Below, one piece after another: positions 9,049 through 18,297 of a DNA stretch of 63,603 nt. A program made the position numbers and the translations under genes. Position 1 is the stretch's first letter; each line of letters opens with the position of its first letter. This DNA comes from Thermoplasmatota archaeon (GTDB taxonomy: Archaea > Thermoplasmatota > E2 > JACPAO01 > JAHFTW01). Location of the stretch: NCBI GenBank assembly GCA_041601615.1, contig JBFIHX010000014.1:1-63603 (forward strand). Direction: 5' to 3'. The notes beneath the pieces were generated by a model. The model saw nothing but the letters and a program-made list of their open reading frames with translations, was not told the DNA's origin and did no database searches.

Positions 9049-10902
9049 TCAGGAGGCAGCGACCGGCGTGCGAGCCAGTGCCGCCTCCAATTGGCCGCTT
9101 TGGACCTTCCAGAGATCCGCGTACACGCCGTCGCGATCCACCAGATCATCGTGTGCGCCCCGTTCCACCACGACACCATCCACCATGACCAAGATTTGGT
9201 CGGCCTTGCGGATGGTACTGAGGCGATGCGCCACGGCAATCGTGATGCGGCCTTCGCGGTAGGCATGCAAGTTGCGCTGAATGAGTTCCTCGGTGCGGGT
9301 ATCCACAGCAGAGGTCGCTTCATCCAGAATCAACACGGCCGGATTGCGAAGCACAGCACGGGCCAGATTCACGCGCTGGCGCTGGCCGCCACTGAGTTTG
9401 AGGCCACGCTCACCCACCAAGGTTTCGTATCCTTCGGGAAGCTTCTCGATGAACTCGTGCGCCCCGGCCACGGTCGCTGCTTCCACGACCCGCTCCAGGC
9501 TCGCATCGGGACTGCCCAAGGCGATGTTGTCCCGCACCGTGCCCGTGAACAAGAACGGCTCCTGGCTGACGTACCCAACATGCTGCCGGTAGGTATCCAA
9601 TTGCACGCCGGCTAGATCCACGCCGTCCACTTCGACACTGCCCGACTTAGGCGCATAGTAGCGAAGCAAGAGCTTGAGAATCGTCGACTTGCCCGCACCC
9701 GTGTGGCCCACGACGCCAAGCACATGACCGCGTTGAACCTCAAAATCAACACCATTCAGCACCGGGTCGCCCGTGGCATAACCAAATTGCACCCCAGAAA
9801 ACCGCAGACTCTTGGGTGCATCCGCAAGGGGTGCCGCGTTCGAATCATCCTGAATCGCAGGCTCCGTGTCCAGCAACTCCAGCACGCGCTTGGCACTCGC
9901 TTCGCTGCGCTGAATCTGATTCAGCAGCATCCCCAGAATGAACAAGGGCATGATGAGGCGCGTGGCAAACAAGATGAACACCACGTAGTCACCGAGCGAC
10001 GGGCCAAAGCCATTGAGCGTCAAGTAGCCGCCGCCCGCGATCAAGCCCGCATAGGCCAGACCCGCAATCAGATACAGCATCGGCACGAAGCGCGCCCTGA
10101 TTTGCGCTGCCGCGACAGCCGCGTTGCGGTACTCGGCCGATTTTTCGTCGATGCGATCCAGTTGGTGATCCTGGGCAGTGTACGCCTGGATGACCGGCAT
10201 GCCCTGGATGTTTTGCTCCAGAATGCTGTTCATGGCACCCACCGCCTCACGACTGCGCCGGTACTGCGGCTGCACGCGGGTGGCAAAGAACCGCACCGCA
10301 AACACCGCAAACGGCAACGGGGCAAACAGCAGAAGCGCCAGGCGCCAATCGAGCCAAAGCAGGAAGCCAAAGACACCGACGAACGTCACCACGAGGCGCA
10401 CAATACTGGTCGTAGCATCCGCGAGGAAATTCTCCAGGTTGTCCACATCGTTGCTCATCACTGCCATCAAGTCGCCCGTTTGGCGATCCTCGAAGTACGC
10501 AGTGTCCAGCGTCTGCACATGACCATAGAGCCGCACACGCAAATCATGGCGCACCTTCTGAGCCAAGGTATCCCACGCGTAGTCACTGCTGGTTTGGAAC
10601 ACGGCAAGGCCGATGAACGTGCCAAAGACCGCTGCACCCCACCACAGGAAATCCGAGACCGCAAGCAACGACAAATCGCCCTGCGCCCTGGCAATCGCAT
10701 CCACCACGAGCCCAATGATGACCATGGGCAACAAGTCGAAGACACGCGCCGCCCCGTTGGTGGCCAACCCCACCGCAATGCGCTTCTTGTACGGGCGAAC
10801 AAACGGCACAAGGCGCCACAAATGACGCCCCAAGGCACGGTCCGGCTCAGCGGCAGGTGCGGCAACGGTCTCGGTCACCTTCGCGGCGACGGCCTCGGGC
10901 AC
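9049..10902 (-). CDS. ABC exporter, fused permease and ATPase
   Basis: TM domain, Walker A GHTGAGKS, signature LSGGQ, ILDEATS, AHRLST; start uncertain (GTG 10902 chosen because a divergent gene starts at 10995). Confidence 0.92.
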   Translation of the reverse strand: MPEAVAAKVTETVAAPAAEPDRALGRHLWRLVPFVRPYKKRIAVGLATNGAARVFDLLPMVIIGLVVDAIARAQGDLSLLAVSDFLWWGAAVFGTFIGLAVFQTSSDYAWDTLAQKVRHDLRVRLYGHVQTLDTAYFEDRQTGDLMAVMSNDVDNLENFLADATTSIVRLVVTFVGVFGFLLWLDWRLALLLFAPLPFAVFAVRFFATRVQPQYRRSREAVGAMNSILEQNIQGMPVIQAYTAQDHQLDRIDEKSAEYRNAAVAAAQIRARFVPMLYLIAGLAYAGLIAGGGYLTLNGFGPSLGDYVVFILFATRLIMPLFILGMLLNQIQRSEASAKRVLELLDTEPAIQDDSNAAPLADAPKSLRFSGVQFGYATGDPVLNGVDFEVQRGHVLGVVGHTGAGKSTILKLLLRYYAPKSGSVEVDGVDLAGVQLDTYRQHVGYVSQEPFLFTGTVRDNIALGSPDASLERVVEAATVAGAHEFIEKLPEGYETLVGERGLKLSGGQRQRVNLARAVLRNPAVLILDEATSAVDTRTEELIQRNLHAYREGRITIAVAHRLSTIRKADQILVMVDGVVVERGAHDDLVDRDGVYADLWKVQSGQLEAALARTPVAAS

Positions 10903-10994
10903 TTGACCGTTCGGGCACGGGCCAGAGCCACGGCGCGAAGGTACACCCACCCCTAGGCAATGCTTACAGACCCATGCCCACGTCCGACGAACGA

Positions 10995-11456
10995 ATGAAA
11001 TCATTCCAAGTCAGCCTGATCACCCTCGCCCTCTTGGCCACCGCCGCCATCGGCCTCGCACCCACCGCCAGCGCCGACGAAGGCGACGAATGCGCCGCCG
11101 AATGCCTCGACTCCTGCTACCTCTACCTTCGCACCAGCCGGTTTGTTGCCAGCTGCAGCGTCGGCCACACCCCCTACACCCTGGAGTCTGACTGCTTCTT
11201 CCACGACTGCGGCAAATACGTCGCCTACTGCGTCTTCGTCACGGAATACGGCCAAATTGAGCCCAACTGCGACGTAACCGGCGACATCCCGGTCGATCCG
11301 CACTGCCAACAACTGTTCTACGGCCCCGACATCGACAACGGCTACTGTGTAGATCTCAATGGCGAAGAATGCCTCGTCTGGCGCTACGACACCTACGGCA
11401 CCGCCGGCGGCTACCACTGCTACGTCCGCGCCTCCCTCCTGTCGCCCCCCGCCTAA
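10995..11456 (+). CDS. Secreted 12-Cys acidic protein
   Basis: Signal peptide MKSF...APTASA; 12 Cys in the mature part; pyrimidine tract downstream. Confidence 0.78.
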   Translation: MKSFQVSLITLALLATAAIGLAPTASADEGDECAAECLDSCYLYLRTSRFVASCSVGHTPYTLESDCFFHDCGKYVAYCVFVTEYGQIEPNCDVTGDIPVDPHCQQLFYGPDIDNGYCVDLNGEECLVWRYDTYGTAGGYHCYVRASLLSPPA

Positions 11457-11719
11457 ATCTGCGGCACCATCCTTCCGCCCCTTTCCCCTCTTCTCCCGTC
11501 CGCCTCCAGCTCCATTTCCATCCAACTCGCTTCGTTCCACAATGGACCGCGCCCCGTCGGCCAAACCACGGCCAAGCCGGCCCTGGCCCCCGCGCCCCAA
11601 CCAACCATCTCGAAACGCTCAAGCCCACGCGGCACCAACCACCAAGAGTCCACATCGGTGGACCCCCAAACCATCTGGATGGAGGCACGGCCTACCCACC
11701 TCCTCGGACCAAAATCCGA

Positions 11720-11949
11720 CTGAACCAAGGGCCTTTCACAAGGTACAGGGAACAACTAGATGGAACCCGCAACGAGGTGAGCTACCGCGGCAGGGGAGCA
11801 CCAAGCCCACAGGCCGTATCAGGACTTGGCGCTTATTTTCACGGCCCACAGCCCGCACATTTGGCTGGGGCATGTTCGTCCCGCCGGAACGATTCCATCC
11901 AGCCAGCAGCGGGCAATTGGGGCTGCACCGAGGCCCACAGCTGGTTCGG
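11720..11949. ncRNA. Candidate structured non-coding element B
   Basis: Long-range stems 11720-27/11942-49, 11729-34/11931-36 and 11742-48/11923-29 enclose hairpins at 11798-11833 and 11851-11914; G-U pairs mostly favour the minus strand. Confidence 0.4.
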
Positions 11950-12013
11950 AAAGAGAAAGAGAGGAAAGGACAAGGTAGATTCCTGACCGATTGCGCAGAA
12001 ACCGATGAACCGA

Positions 12014-12547
12014 TTAGCGGATGCAGTAGCGAGGGAAGTACACACAGAGGGCGTGTGCCATGTCCTCGGCGCTGCAACCGGCCTTCTTCATGGCGGCCTT
12101 GGCGCTGTGGTAGGAGGAGCCACCGTCGTACAGGCTCTCGGCCATCCACATGGCGCCGAACAGATCTTGGCACGTGGGCCCAGCCATCGAGCTTAGGCCC
12201 TCGTGGGTCGCGGCGTACAGCGTGTCCACCACGATGCCTTCGTACTTGGTGACGGGCACGGTGCGCAGGCCCGTGAACACGGCGAGTTCCGTGTCGTCGA
12301 GGTGGATGTAACAGACCGCAGTGTAGTAGCGGCACAATGCGATTGAGGCGTCGGTGCCATCGCAGTCCTTCTCCATGAGGACGTCCCAGGCTTCGTTGTA
12401 GGTCAATCCATTCTCATAGGCGGCCTTGGCATGGAACAGGGCACCAGCCATGTCTTGGCAATTGAGGCCAGCTTCAGCAGTCGGCGCAAACGCCAGGACG
12501 GTCGAGAGCATTAGAAGGGTCGTGAATGCAGTTCGTAGCTTGGTCAT
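12014..12547 (-). CDS. Secreted protein with two tandem 4-Cys helical modules
   Basis: Signal peptide ending APTAEA; internal duplication GLNCQD...ALCRYYTAVC versus GPTCQD...ALCVYFPRYC; pyrimidine terminator downstream on the minus strand (11950-11975). Confidence 0.8.
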   Translation of the reverse strand: MTKLRTAFTTLLMLSTVLAFAPTAEAGLNCQDMAGALFHAKAAYENGLTYNEAWDVLMEKDCDGTDASIALCRYYTAVCYIHLDDTELAVFTGLRTVPVTKYEGIVVDTLYAATHEGLSSMAGPTCQDLFGAMWMAESLYDGGSSYHSAKAAMKKAGCSAEDMAHALCVYFPRYCIR

Positions 12548-12822
12548 TGGATACACATCCAATCGGCCCAATCGGCTCAATGACTAGGTGTTATGCGTTG
12601 TACTCTTCCCCCGGGTATTGAAATCATTTAGACGAGCGAAACGCTCATTGCAAGGGCAAAATGGGCAAATATTCATTGGAAGCCCGCGACAAAATCGCTG
12701 AATCTGAGCTTTGCCAGCGCGAGGCCGCCCCACGGGCCGCAAGAGATTGGGCGAGTCCGTGGCAAGAGAGCAACTGCCCAATCCTTGACCCCTGCTTCCG
12801 GAATTGGAGCGGGCACCTCTGT

Positions 12823-14691
12823 TCAGATGCCTCCACGGTGGCGGCGGAAATGGCGGCGTAAGGCGACCACGGCGACGGTGACGAAGTAGATGGCGCCGAG
12901 GCGGCCCAGAAATTCCAGGCCTGTGCGGCCGGCGACGGATTTGGGAGCGATTTGGAGACCGGCAGAGAAGCCGTCATACCATGACGCAAATGGCATGGGA
13001 AGGTTGGGAAGATCTGTCGAGAGGAGCCAGCCGAAGAGGAACACCCAACCCATGAGCAGTGCCGCAGGAAGCACGAAGGATTCACCGTAGCGGCTCGTCC
13101 AACGATACCACCAAAGCCCAACCCGTTCGCCCCACCGACGGACTCCATCAAGCGAACTCCAAAACTGGTCCCGCCCCCTCCCCCACCGTGTTCGAGCACC
13201 GTTTTCGAGGGCACGTTTTGGCGGCGAACCCAACGCAAGGCGACGCATCTCCATTTCGCGAATGTGGAACCGGCCCGCGTCCGCTTGGCGCAGGTTGCCC
13301 TCGTAAGAGACGCGCAATCCCTTGTACACATCGGCCACGAGGGACGGGGCGATTCGATCTTCTGCACGCACTTTGGACTCGTGCCCCCTCGGCATGTGGC
13401 TGAGATAGTCTTCATCCGCCACGCGGGCCAAGGTTCGATGCGGGTGCAGGAAGCGTCCTAGCTTGCTTCGCCAAGCCGGATCATTGTCCCACTTGCAATT
13501 TCGAAACCGAATGCGAGAAACGTCCGTGTGCGTGAACAGGATTTTGGAGCAATCGAGGCGGTGCTGTGGGTCGTCCGTGTCAGAGCCCTGGAAACGGATG
13601 TTGGTTGTTGAACGAATTGGGACGTTACGGAAATCGATGCGGATGTCAGGTGATTGGAGTTGGTAGCAGGGGTCGGCGAGGTTTGGTTTGGGGAGGGATT
13701 TTTTCCTAGCCATATCCACCTTATTCTTTGCGACATTCCAACTTTCAAGGTCCTCTGCTAGCGCTTGTACAGGATTTTGAAATTCTAAGTTGTCAAGCCG
13801 TAGGTCAGAATTAATCTCAACTTCATCCCAAAATACTCTGGCCCCCGGAGTTAATCGCACTCCATTCCAATCGCTGATGCCTTTGAATTTCGCCGCCCAA
13901 AGATGTAAACTCCCCCCCACCGACGCCCATTTGAAATATGATTGTGCATCAAAAATTGCCTCATGGAAAGTAGCATCGCCAAAAAAATACGCCCCGATAA
14001 ACGATGCTTCGGCAGCAAAAGAAGTTTCATTGAATACAACACCTGTTGCAAAATAAGAGGAGCTGAAAATAGCATCATCTAAAAATATCGCCCAGTTAAA
14101 CTCAGCTTTTTTCATAAATAATGCCTCATAAAACCATACCTCTCCTGAAAATGAAGCTTCATTAAATGAAATTTGAGCATGAAATATAGCTTCGGAAAAC
14201 CTAGCATCTCCATCAAACGAAGCGCCATTGAAAGAAGAATCCTCCAAAAATATTGTTTCATTAAAAGATGCTTCTTTAGCAAATGATGCCTCCAAAAATG
14301 AGGTCGAACCGGCAAAAGTCACGATATCAAATGAACTCTTGCCCAGGAAATGAGTCTTTCTAAAATTCATTTTATTGCGAAATTCATAATTTTCAGGGAC
14401 CTTAAAACCATCGGGAAAAATAGCTCGCGTCAAATCCACAACGGTCTCTGAATTATGGCCTGCCTTGATTCGATCCAAAATCCATTGAAAGCTCTCCGGA
14501 GGCGTTTTTTCAAATTCTCCATGAATCCCACAACGTCCATCGGCGTCTCTCTCGTGAGACGGCCAGCCACAAGAATCGCCGTCTATCGTCGGATCATTCT
14601 TTGACGAAACAATCACCCAGCAACGCCCGCCCTCCCGTGCACCCTCAACGGTTTCCGGCCGATGCTGCTCTTCACTAAGTCCCTCAACCAC
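12823..14691 (-). CDS. Pentapeptide-repeat protein with C-terminal membrane segments
   Basis: Repeats of A-x-F-x-x-x-A-x-F type (~11-aa period), N-terminal Cys/His cluster, C-terminal YGES plus hydrophobic helices; AT-rich core. Confidence 0.82.
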   Translation of the reverse strand: MVEGLSEEQHRPETVEGAREGGRCWVIVSSKNDPTIDGDSCGWPSHERDADGRCGIHGEFEKTPPESFQWILDRIKAGHNSETVVDLTRAIFPDGFKVPENYEFRNKMNFRKTHFLGKSSFDIVTFAGSTSFLEASFAKEASFNETIFLEDSSFNGASFDGDARFSEAIFHAQISFNEASFSGEVWFYEALFMKKAEFNWAIFLDDAIFSSSYFATGVVFNETSFAAEASFIGAYFFGDATFHEAIFDAQSYFKWASVGGSLHLWAAKFKGISDWNGVRLTPGARVFWDEVEINSDLRLDNLEFQNPVQALAEDLESWNVAKNKVDMARKKSLPKPNLADPCYQLQSPDIRIDFRNVPIRSTTNIRFQGSDTDDPQHRLDCSKILFTHTDVSRIRFRNCKWDNDPAWRSKLGRFLHPHRTLARVADEDYLSHMPRGHESKVRAEDRIAPSLVADVYKGLRVSYEGNLRQADAGRFHIREMEMRRLALGSPPKRALENGARTRWGRGRDQFWSSLDGVRRWGERVGLWWYRWTSRYGESFVLPAALLMGWVFLFGWLLSTDLPNLPMPFASWYDGFSAGLQIAPKSVAGRTGLEFLGRLGAIYFVTVAVVALRRHFRRHRGGI

Positions 14692-14777
14692 GGATGCTCA
14701 TGGCCATCAGGTTCTTGAGGGTGTGGTGGGAAAAGAAGAAAAAGAAATTCGAGCCCAATCGACTCGATTCGCCTTGC

Positions 14778-16133
14778 TCAAACGAGCTTCAGTACGTCCA
14801 TCCCTCGTCCCATATCGCCGGTGAACACGTATTGTCCGTGCACTTTGGCGTCCCAGGGGTTGGTTCCCTCGGGCGTGTACTGGGCCAGAATCACGGGTGC
14901 TTCAATGTCCGAGAAATCGATGAGCAGCACGCCAGCGGAGTACCACGCCATGGCGATTTTCTCTTGTCCGGGCACGAGCGTTCCAAAGTGCGCGGTGCAG
15001 TTGGGCAGGATGTCGTAGACTTCGGCGGGGATGCCGGCAGGGTCAGCGGGGTTGGGATTGACGGCACCGGGGGTCGGGGCGACAAGCGGGGGACTGATCC
15101 AGCTCTTGAGCACCGGGTTGGTCTCGTCGGCCAGATCGTAGAACCAGAGGGCTCCGGTGGGGCTGCTGACTCCGTTGGTGTTGGCAAGGCAGCCACCGGG
15201 TTCGCCGCCGCCGTTTTGTTCGTCGCCGATCATGAGGACGGTTGCGTCTTCGTTGACCATTGCTAGGTGGTGGAGGGTGCGCAGGGGGGCGCTGCTGAAG
15301 ACGGGGTTGCCGACGACGGGGCTGTCCTGGATGTCTTCGACGGTGGCGATGACGTGGATGCCGAAGTTGCTGGCGGTGGTGTCGAAGTGGTCGAGGTTCC
15401 AGAGTTCGGTGCGTTGGATGCCGGCGCAGTAGGCACGGAATTTGTCGTGGTTGATCGTGCCGTAGAAGGTGATGTCGTGGCAGCCGTGGGTGCCGTAGGC
15501 GCCGACGATCACGGGCTCGGCAGGGTTGCTCATGTCGATGAGTTCGTTGCTGCGCCCGAGGCCTCCGCTTTGGCTGTTGAAGACGTACTCGGTGCCGGGG
15601 ACGACGGCGAGGTTGTGGGCGTTGGGTACGTCGACGCGGGAGAGGAACACGGGTTCGTCGTTGGTGACGTCCCAGACGTGGATGCCGTCGGTTTGGGTGG
15701 CAAGCACGAGGGTGCGGCGGCCGTCTTGGTGGTCGATGACGTCGGCGTCGCGGGCAAAGCTGGTGACGGTGTTGTCGGCTTCGTCGTCTTGGCCTACGGT
15801 GGCGTTCCAGAGGAGTACGGGGTGTTCGGGGTCGCTGATGTCGGCAATCCAGAAGCCGAGGTTGAGGGCACTGCCGTAGACGCGGTCCCCGAAGGCCCAG
15901 ATGCCGCTGCCGCGTCCGACGGCGTTGCCATCGGCGTGGGCGAGTTGGTCGATGAAATGGAAGCCTTGGACGTTGGCGGGAATGTCGACGGGGTAGGTGG
16001 GGGCGGGGCCTCGGTAGGGTGGGTCGTCGATGACGACGAGGCCGTCGCCGTCGTCGCCGCTGAGGCAACCGGAGAGGGCGGTGATGGCCAGGAGGCCGAC
16101 GAGCAGGAGGGGGGTGGGGATGTGGGTGTTCAT
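14778..16133 (-). CDS. LVIVD-repeat beta-propeller lipoprotein
   Basis: LSGC lipobox; blades IADISDPEHP, IDMSNPAEP, LLIDFSD; C-terminal DMGRGMDVL; AGGTGA upstream of ATG 16133. Confidence 0.82.
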   Translation of the reverse strand: MNTHIPTPLLLVGLLAITALSGCLSGDDGDGLVVIDDPPYRGPAPTYPVDIPANVQGFHFIDQLAHADGNAVGRGSGIWAFGDRVYGSALNLGFWIADISDPEHPVLLWNATVGQDDEADNTVTSFARDADVIDHQDGRRTLVLATQTDGIHVWDVTNDEPVFLSRVDVPNAHNLAVVPGTEYVFNSQSGGLGRSNELIDMSNPAEPVIVGAYGTHGCHDITFYGTINHDKFRAYCAGIQRTELWNLDHFDTTASNFGIHVIATVEDIQDSPVVGNPVFSSAPLRTLHHLAMVNEDATVLMIGDEQNGGGEPGGCLANTNGVSSPTGALWFYDLADETNPVLKSWISPPLVAPTPGAVNPNPADPAGIPAEVYDILPNCTAHFGTLVPGQEKIAMAWYSAGVLLIDFSDIEAPVILAQYTPEGTNPWDAKVHGQYVFTGDMGRGMDVLKLV

Positions 16134-16141
16134 GTGGTCAC

Positions 16142-17401
16142 CTAGATGATGCGGAGGATGTCCATGCCTCGGGCGGTGTCGCCGGTGAAGATGTGGCCTT
16201 TGTATTCGCGGGCTTCCCAGGTGTTGACGGTGCCGTCGGGGCGGAAGTGGTCGATTTGCGAAGCGCCTCCGAAGTTGGGGTCGAGTTGGACGCCGCTGAA
16301 GTCTACCATGACGGAGCCTGCTGCGTACCAGCCCATGACCATGGCGTCGTGGCCTTCGATGAGGGTGCCAAAGTGGGTGGTGCAGAGGCTGGTGTTTTGG
16401 GCTTCGGGGGTGATGCTGTCCCACTCGACTTGGAAGTAGTCGACGGGGGTGGGGCTTTCGATGTCGCTGATGTCGAAGAACCACAGAGCACTCGTGGGAT
16501 AGTCGACGACGCTGCTGCAGAGGGGGCCGGCGATGGCTCCTGCAAATTCGTCGCCGAGGATGAGGAGGCTGCCGTTGCGGGCGTCCCAGACGCCGTGGTG
16601 GATGTTGACGAGAGGGTAGTCGATGACTTGGATGATGACGGGGTTCCAGGGGTCGGTGATGTCCCAGATCGTGGTGTCGGTGACGCCGCCGCAGTAGGCG
16701 CGGGCAAGTTCCGCGTTGAAGGTGATGTCGTGGCAGGTGGTGCTTTGGACGGTGCGGGGGACGCCGGCGGGTGTGGTGATGACGGCAGGGAACGGGAACA
16801 CCTTGACCACGGGGTTTTCGGGGTCGGCAAAGTCGATGAGGTCTACTTGGCCGGTTTCGCCGATGCCGGGGATGTGGGCGCTGATGCTGCGGCTGTTGTA
16901 GACGATGGTGGTGTTGGGTACGACCGCCATGTTGTGGCTGGCGACGCTGGCGGTGCTGACGACGGTGGCGGTGCTGGGTTCGGTGACGTCGACGAGTTTG
17001 ACGCCGCCGGCGCTGAGGACGGCGTAGGTGTGGCCGTTGGGGTGTTCCATGATGTCGGCGTCGCGGCTGCCGGTGTCTTCGACGCCTTCGTGGACGACCA
17101 TGGGATTTTCGGGGTCGCTGATGTCGACGATGCGGAGGCCGGCGGGGCCGCTTAGGTAGGCGTAGTCGTTGTGGAGCCAGAGGCCGTCGACGCCGCTAAG
17201 TGGGGTGCCGTTGAGGGTGGTTTGGCCTAGGAGTTCGAGGCCGTTGATGACTTCGGGTGCCTTGGTGTTGAGGATGGGGCGCTGGTCGCCGGTGCCGGGA
17301 TTGTTGCCCGGTTTGTCGTCGTTGCCGTTGGAATCGTCGAGGCAGCCGGCCAGCGTGAGGCTGACGAGTGCGGCTGTCAACAGGAGGGACCTGAGGGTCA
17401 T
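16142..17401 (-). CDS. LVIVD-repeat beta-propeller lipoprotein
   Basis: LAGC lipobox; GLRIVDISDPENP, LVDVTEP, WDITDP; tandem paralog of 14778-16133. Confidence 0.85.
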   Translation of the reverse strand: MTLRSLLLTAALVSLTLAGCLDDSNGNDDKPGNNPGTGDQRPILNTKAPEVINGLELLGQTTLNGTPLSGVDGLWLHNDYAYLSGPAGLRIVDISDPENPMVVHEGVEDTGSRDADIMEHPNGHTYAVLSAGGVKLVDVTEPSTATVVSTASVASHNMAVVPNTTIVYNSRSISAHIPGIGETGQVDLIDFADPENPVVKVFPFPAVITTPAGVPRTVQSTTCHDITFNAELARAYCGGVTDTTIWDITDPWNPVIIQVIDYPLVNIHHGVWDARNGSLLILGDEFAGAIAGPLCSSVVDYPTSALWFFDISDIESPTPVDYFQVEWDSITPEAQNTSLCTTHFGTLIEGHDAMVMGWYAAGSVMVDFSGVQLDPNFGGASQIDHFRPDGTVNTWEAREYKGHIFTGDTARGMDILRII

Positions 17402-17511
17402 CGCCTTTCCGACGGGGGCTGTGTTGATAGGGTTTGAGGCAATCGGACTTGAAGGGCGCCGTGGCGGGGTCTGACCGCAAGAGCCGTTATGCGGTGCGCG
17501 CTCGGGTGTTT

Positions 17512-18297
17512 GTGTCCGTGCCCGAACCGCAGCTTGGCCAGTCGTTCCAGGTAGCTAGGCTTCCGGCGGAGGCGTTGGATGCGGCGGCGGCGTACCTTGA
17601 AGGCGCGGGTCAGGTTGCGCCGGGCCTCAGGGGTCGCATGGAGCGCTTGGGCGATCGGCTTGCGGTGCATCATGGCCGTGTGCGGACGGTGGTGCGGGCA
17701 TTTGCAAGCGAGGATGGTGCGGGTAGCCGTGTGGAGGTGAGCCGGCGGGGGCAGGCGCCGTTGGAGGACACGCGGCGTTGGCTCGTTTTGTTGGGCCTTG
17801 GCGGTTTCCTGATTGCGTGGGCGTTGACGGTGTACAACGAGCGAGCGGCCGAGGCGTTGTCGCCGTTGGTGACGATGTCGGTGTTCTTTTTGGCGGTGGT
17901 TGCGGCGATTTCGGTGTTGTTTGTGGCGGATCGTAGCTTGGAGCGTCGCAGTGTGAGTTTGATGCGGAGCCTGGAGGATGCCATGAAGGGTGATCCGGTT
18001 GCGGTGTTGCGGCGCGAGGTGGATGCGTTGGAGCGAAGCAGCGCGTTGGCCAATGGTTTGTTGTTTTACTGCGCGGCGTTGTTGGCGGAATTTCTCGTGT
18101 TCGTCATCGTCTTGTCGGATGGTGTCCGGGACGGGATCAATGAGGCGGCGGCGTTGGATTCGATGCGGTTTGGTTTCTTGATTCCGGTGCTGCCGGCGGT
18201 GGCGTTTGCGCTCGTTTGGTTTGTGCTGGCCAACCGTGTGCATGGGCGTCGCTTGGCCGAGATGCGTTCTCGTTCGCTGCCGGCTGTTGCGTCCTAG
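17512..18297 (+). CDS. Hypothetical membrane protein (about 4 TM)
   Basis: Four hydrophobic segments; fills the gap between genes; start estimated. Confidence 0.65.
   Translation: MSVPEPQLGQSFQVARLPAEALDAAAAYLEGAGQVAPGLRGRMERLGDRLAVHHGRVRTVVRAFASEDGAGSRVEVSRRGQAPLEDTRRWLVLLGLGGFLIAWALTVYNERAAEALSPLVTMSVFFLAVVAAISVLFVADRSLERRSVSLMRSLEDAMKGDPVAVLRREVDALERSSALANGLLFYCAALLAEFLVFVIVLSDGVRDGINEAAALDSMRFGFLIPVLPAVAFALVWFVLANRVHGRRLAEMRSRSLPAVAS

Noticed and set aside
11640-11975. RNase P RNA or SRP RNA
   Set aside because: GAGGAAAG at 11961 is part of a purine tract (the minus-strand terminator); no P4 partner or SRP helix-8 motif was found.
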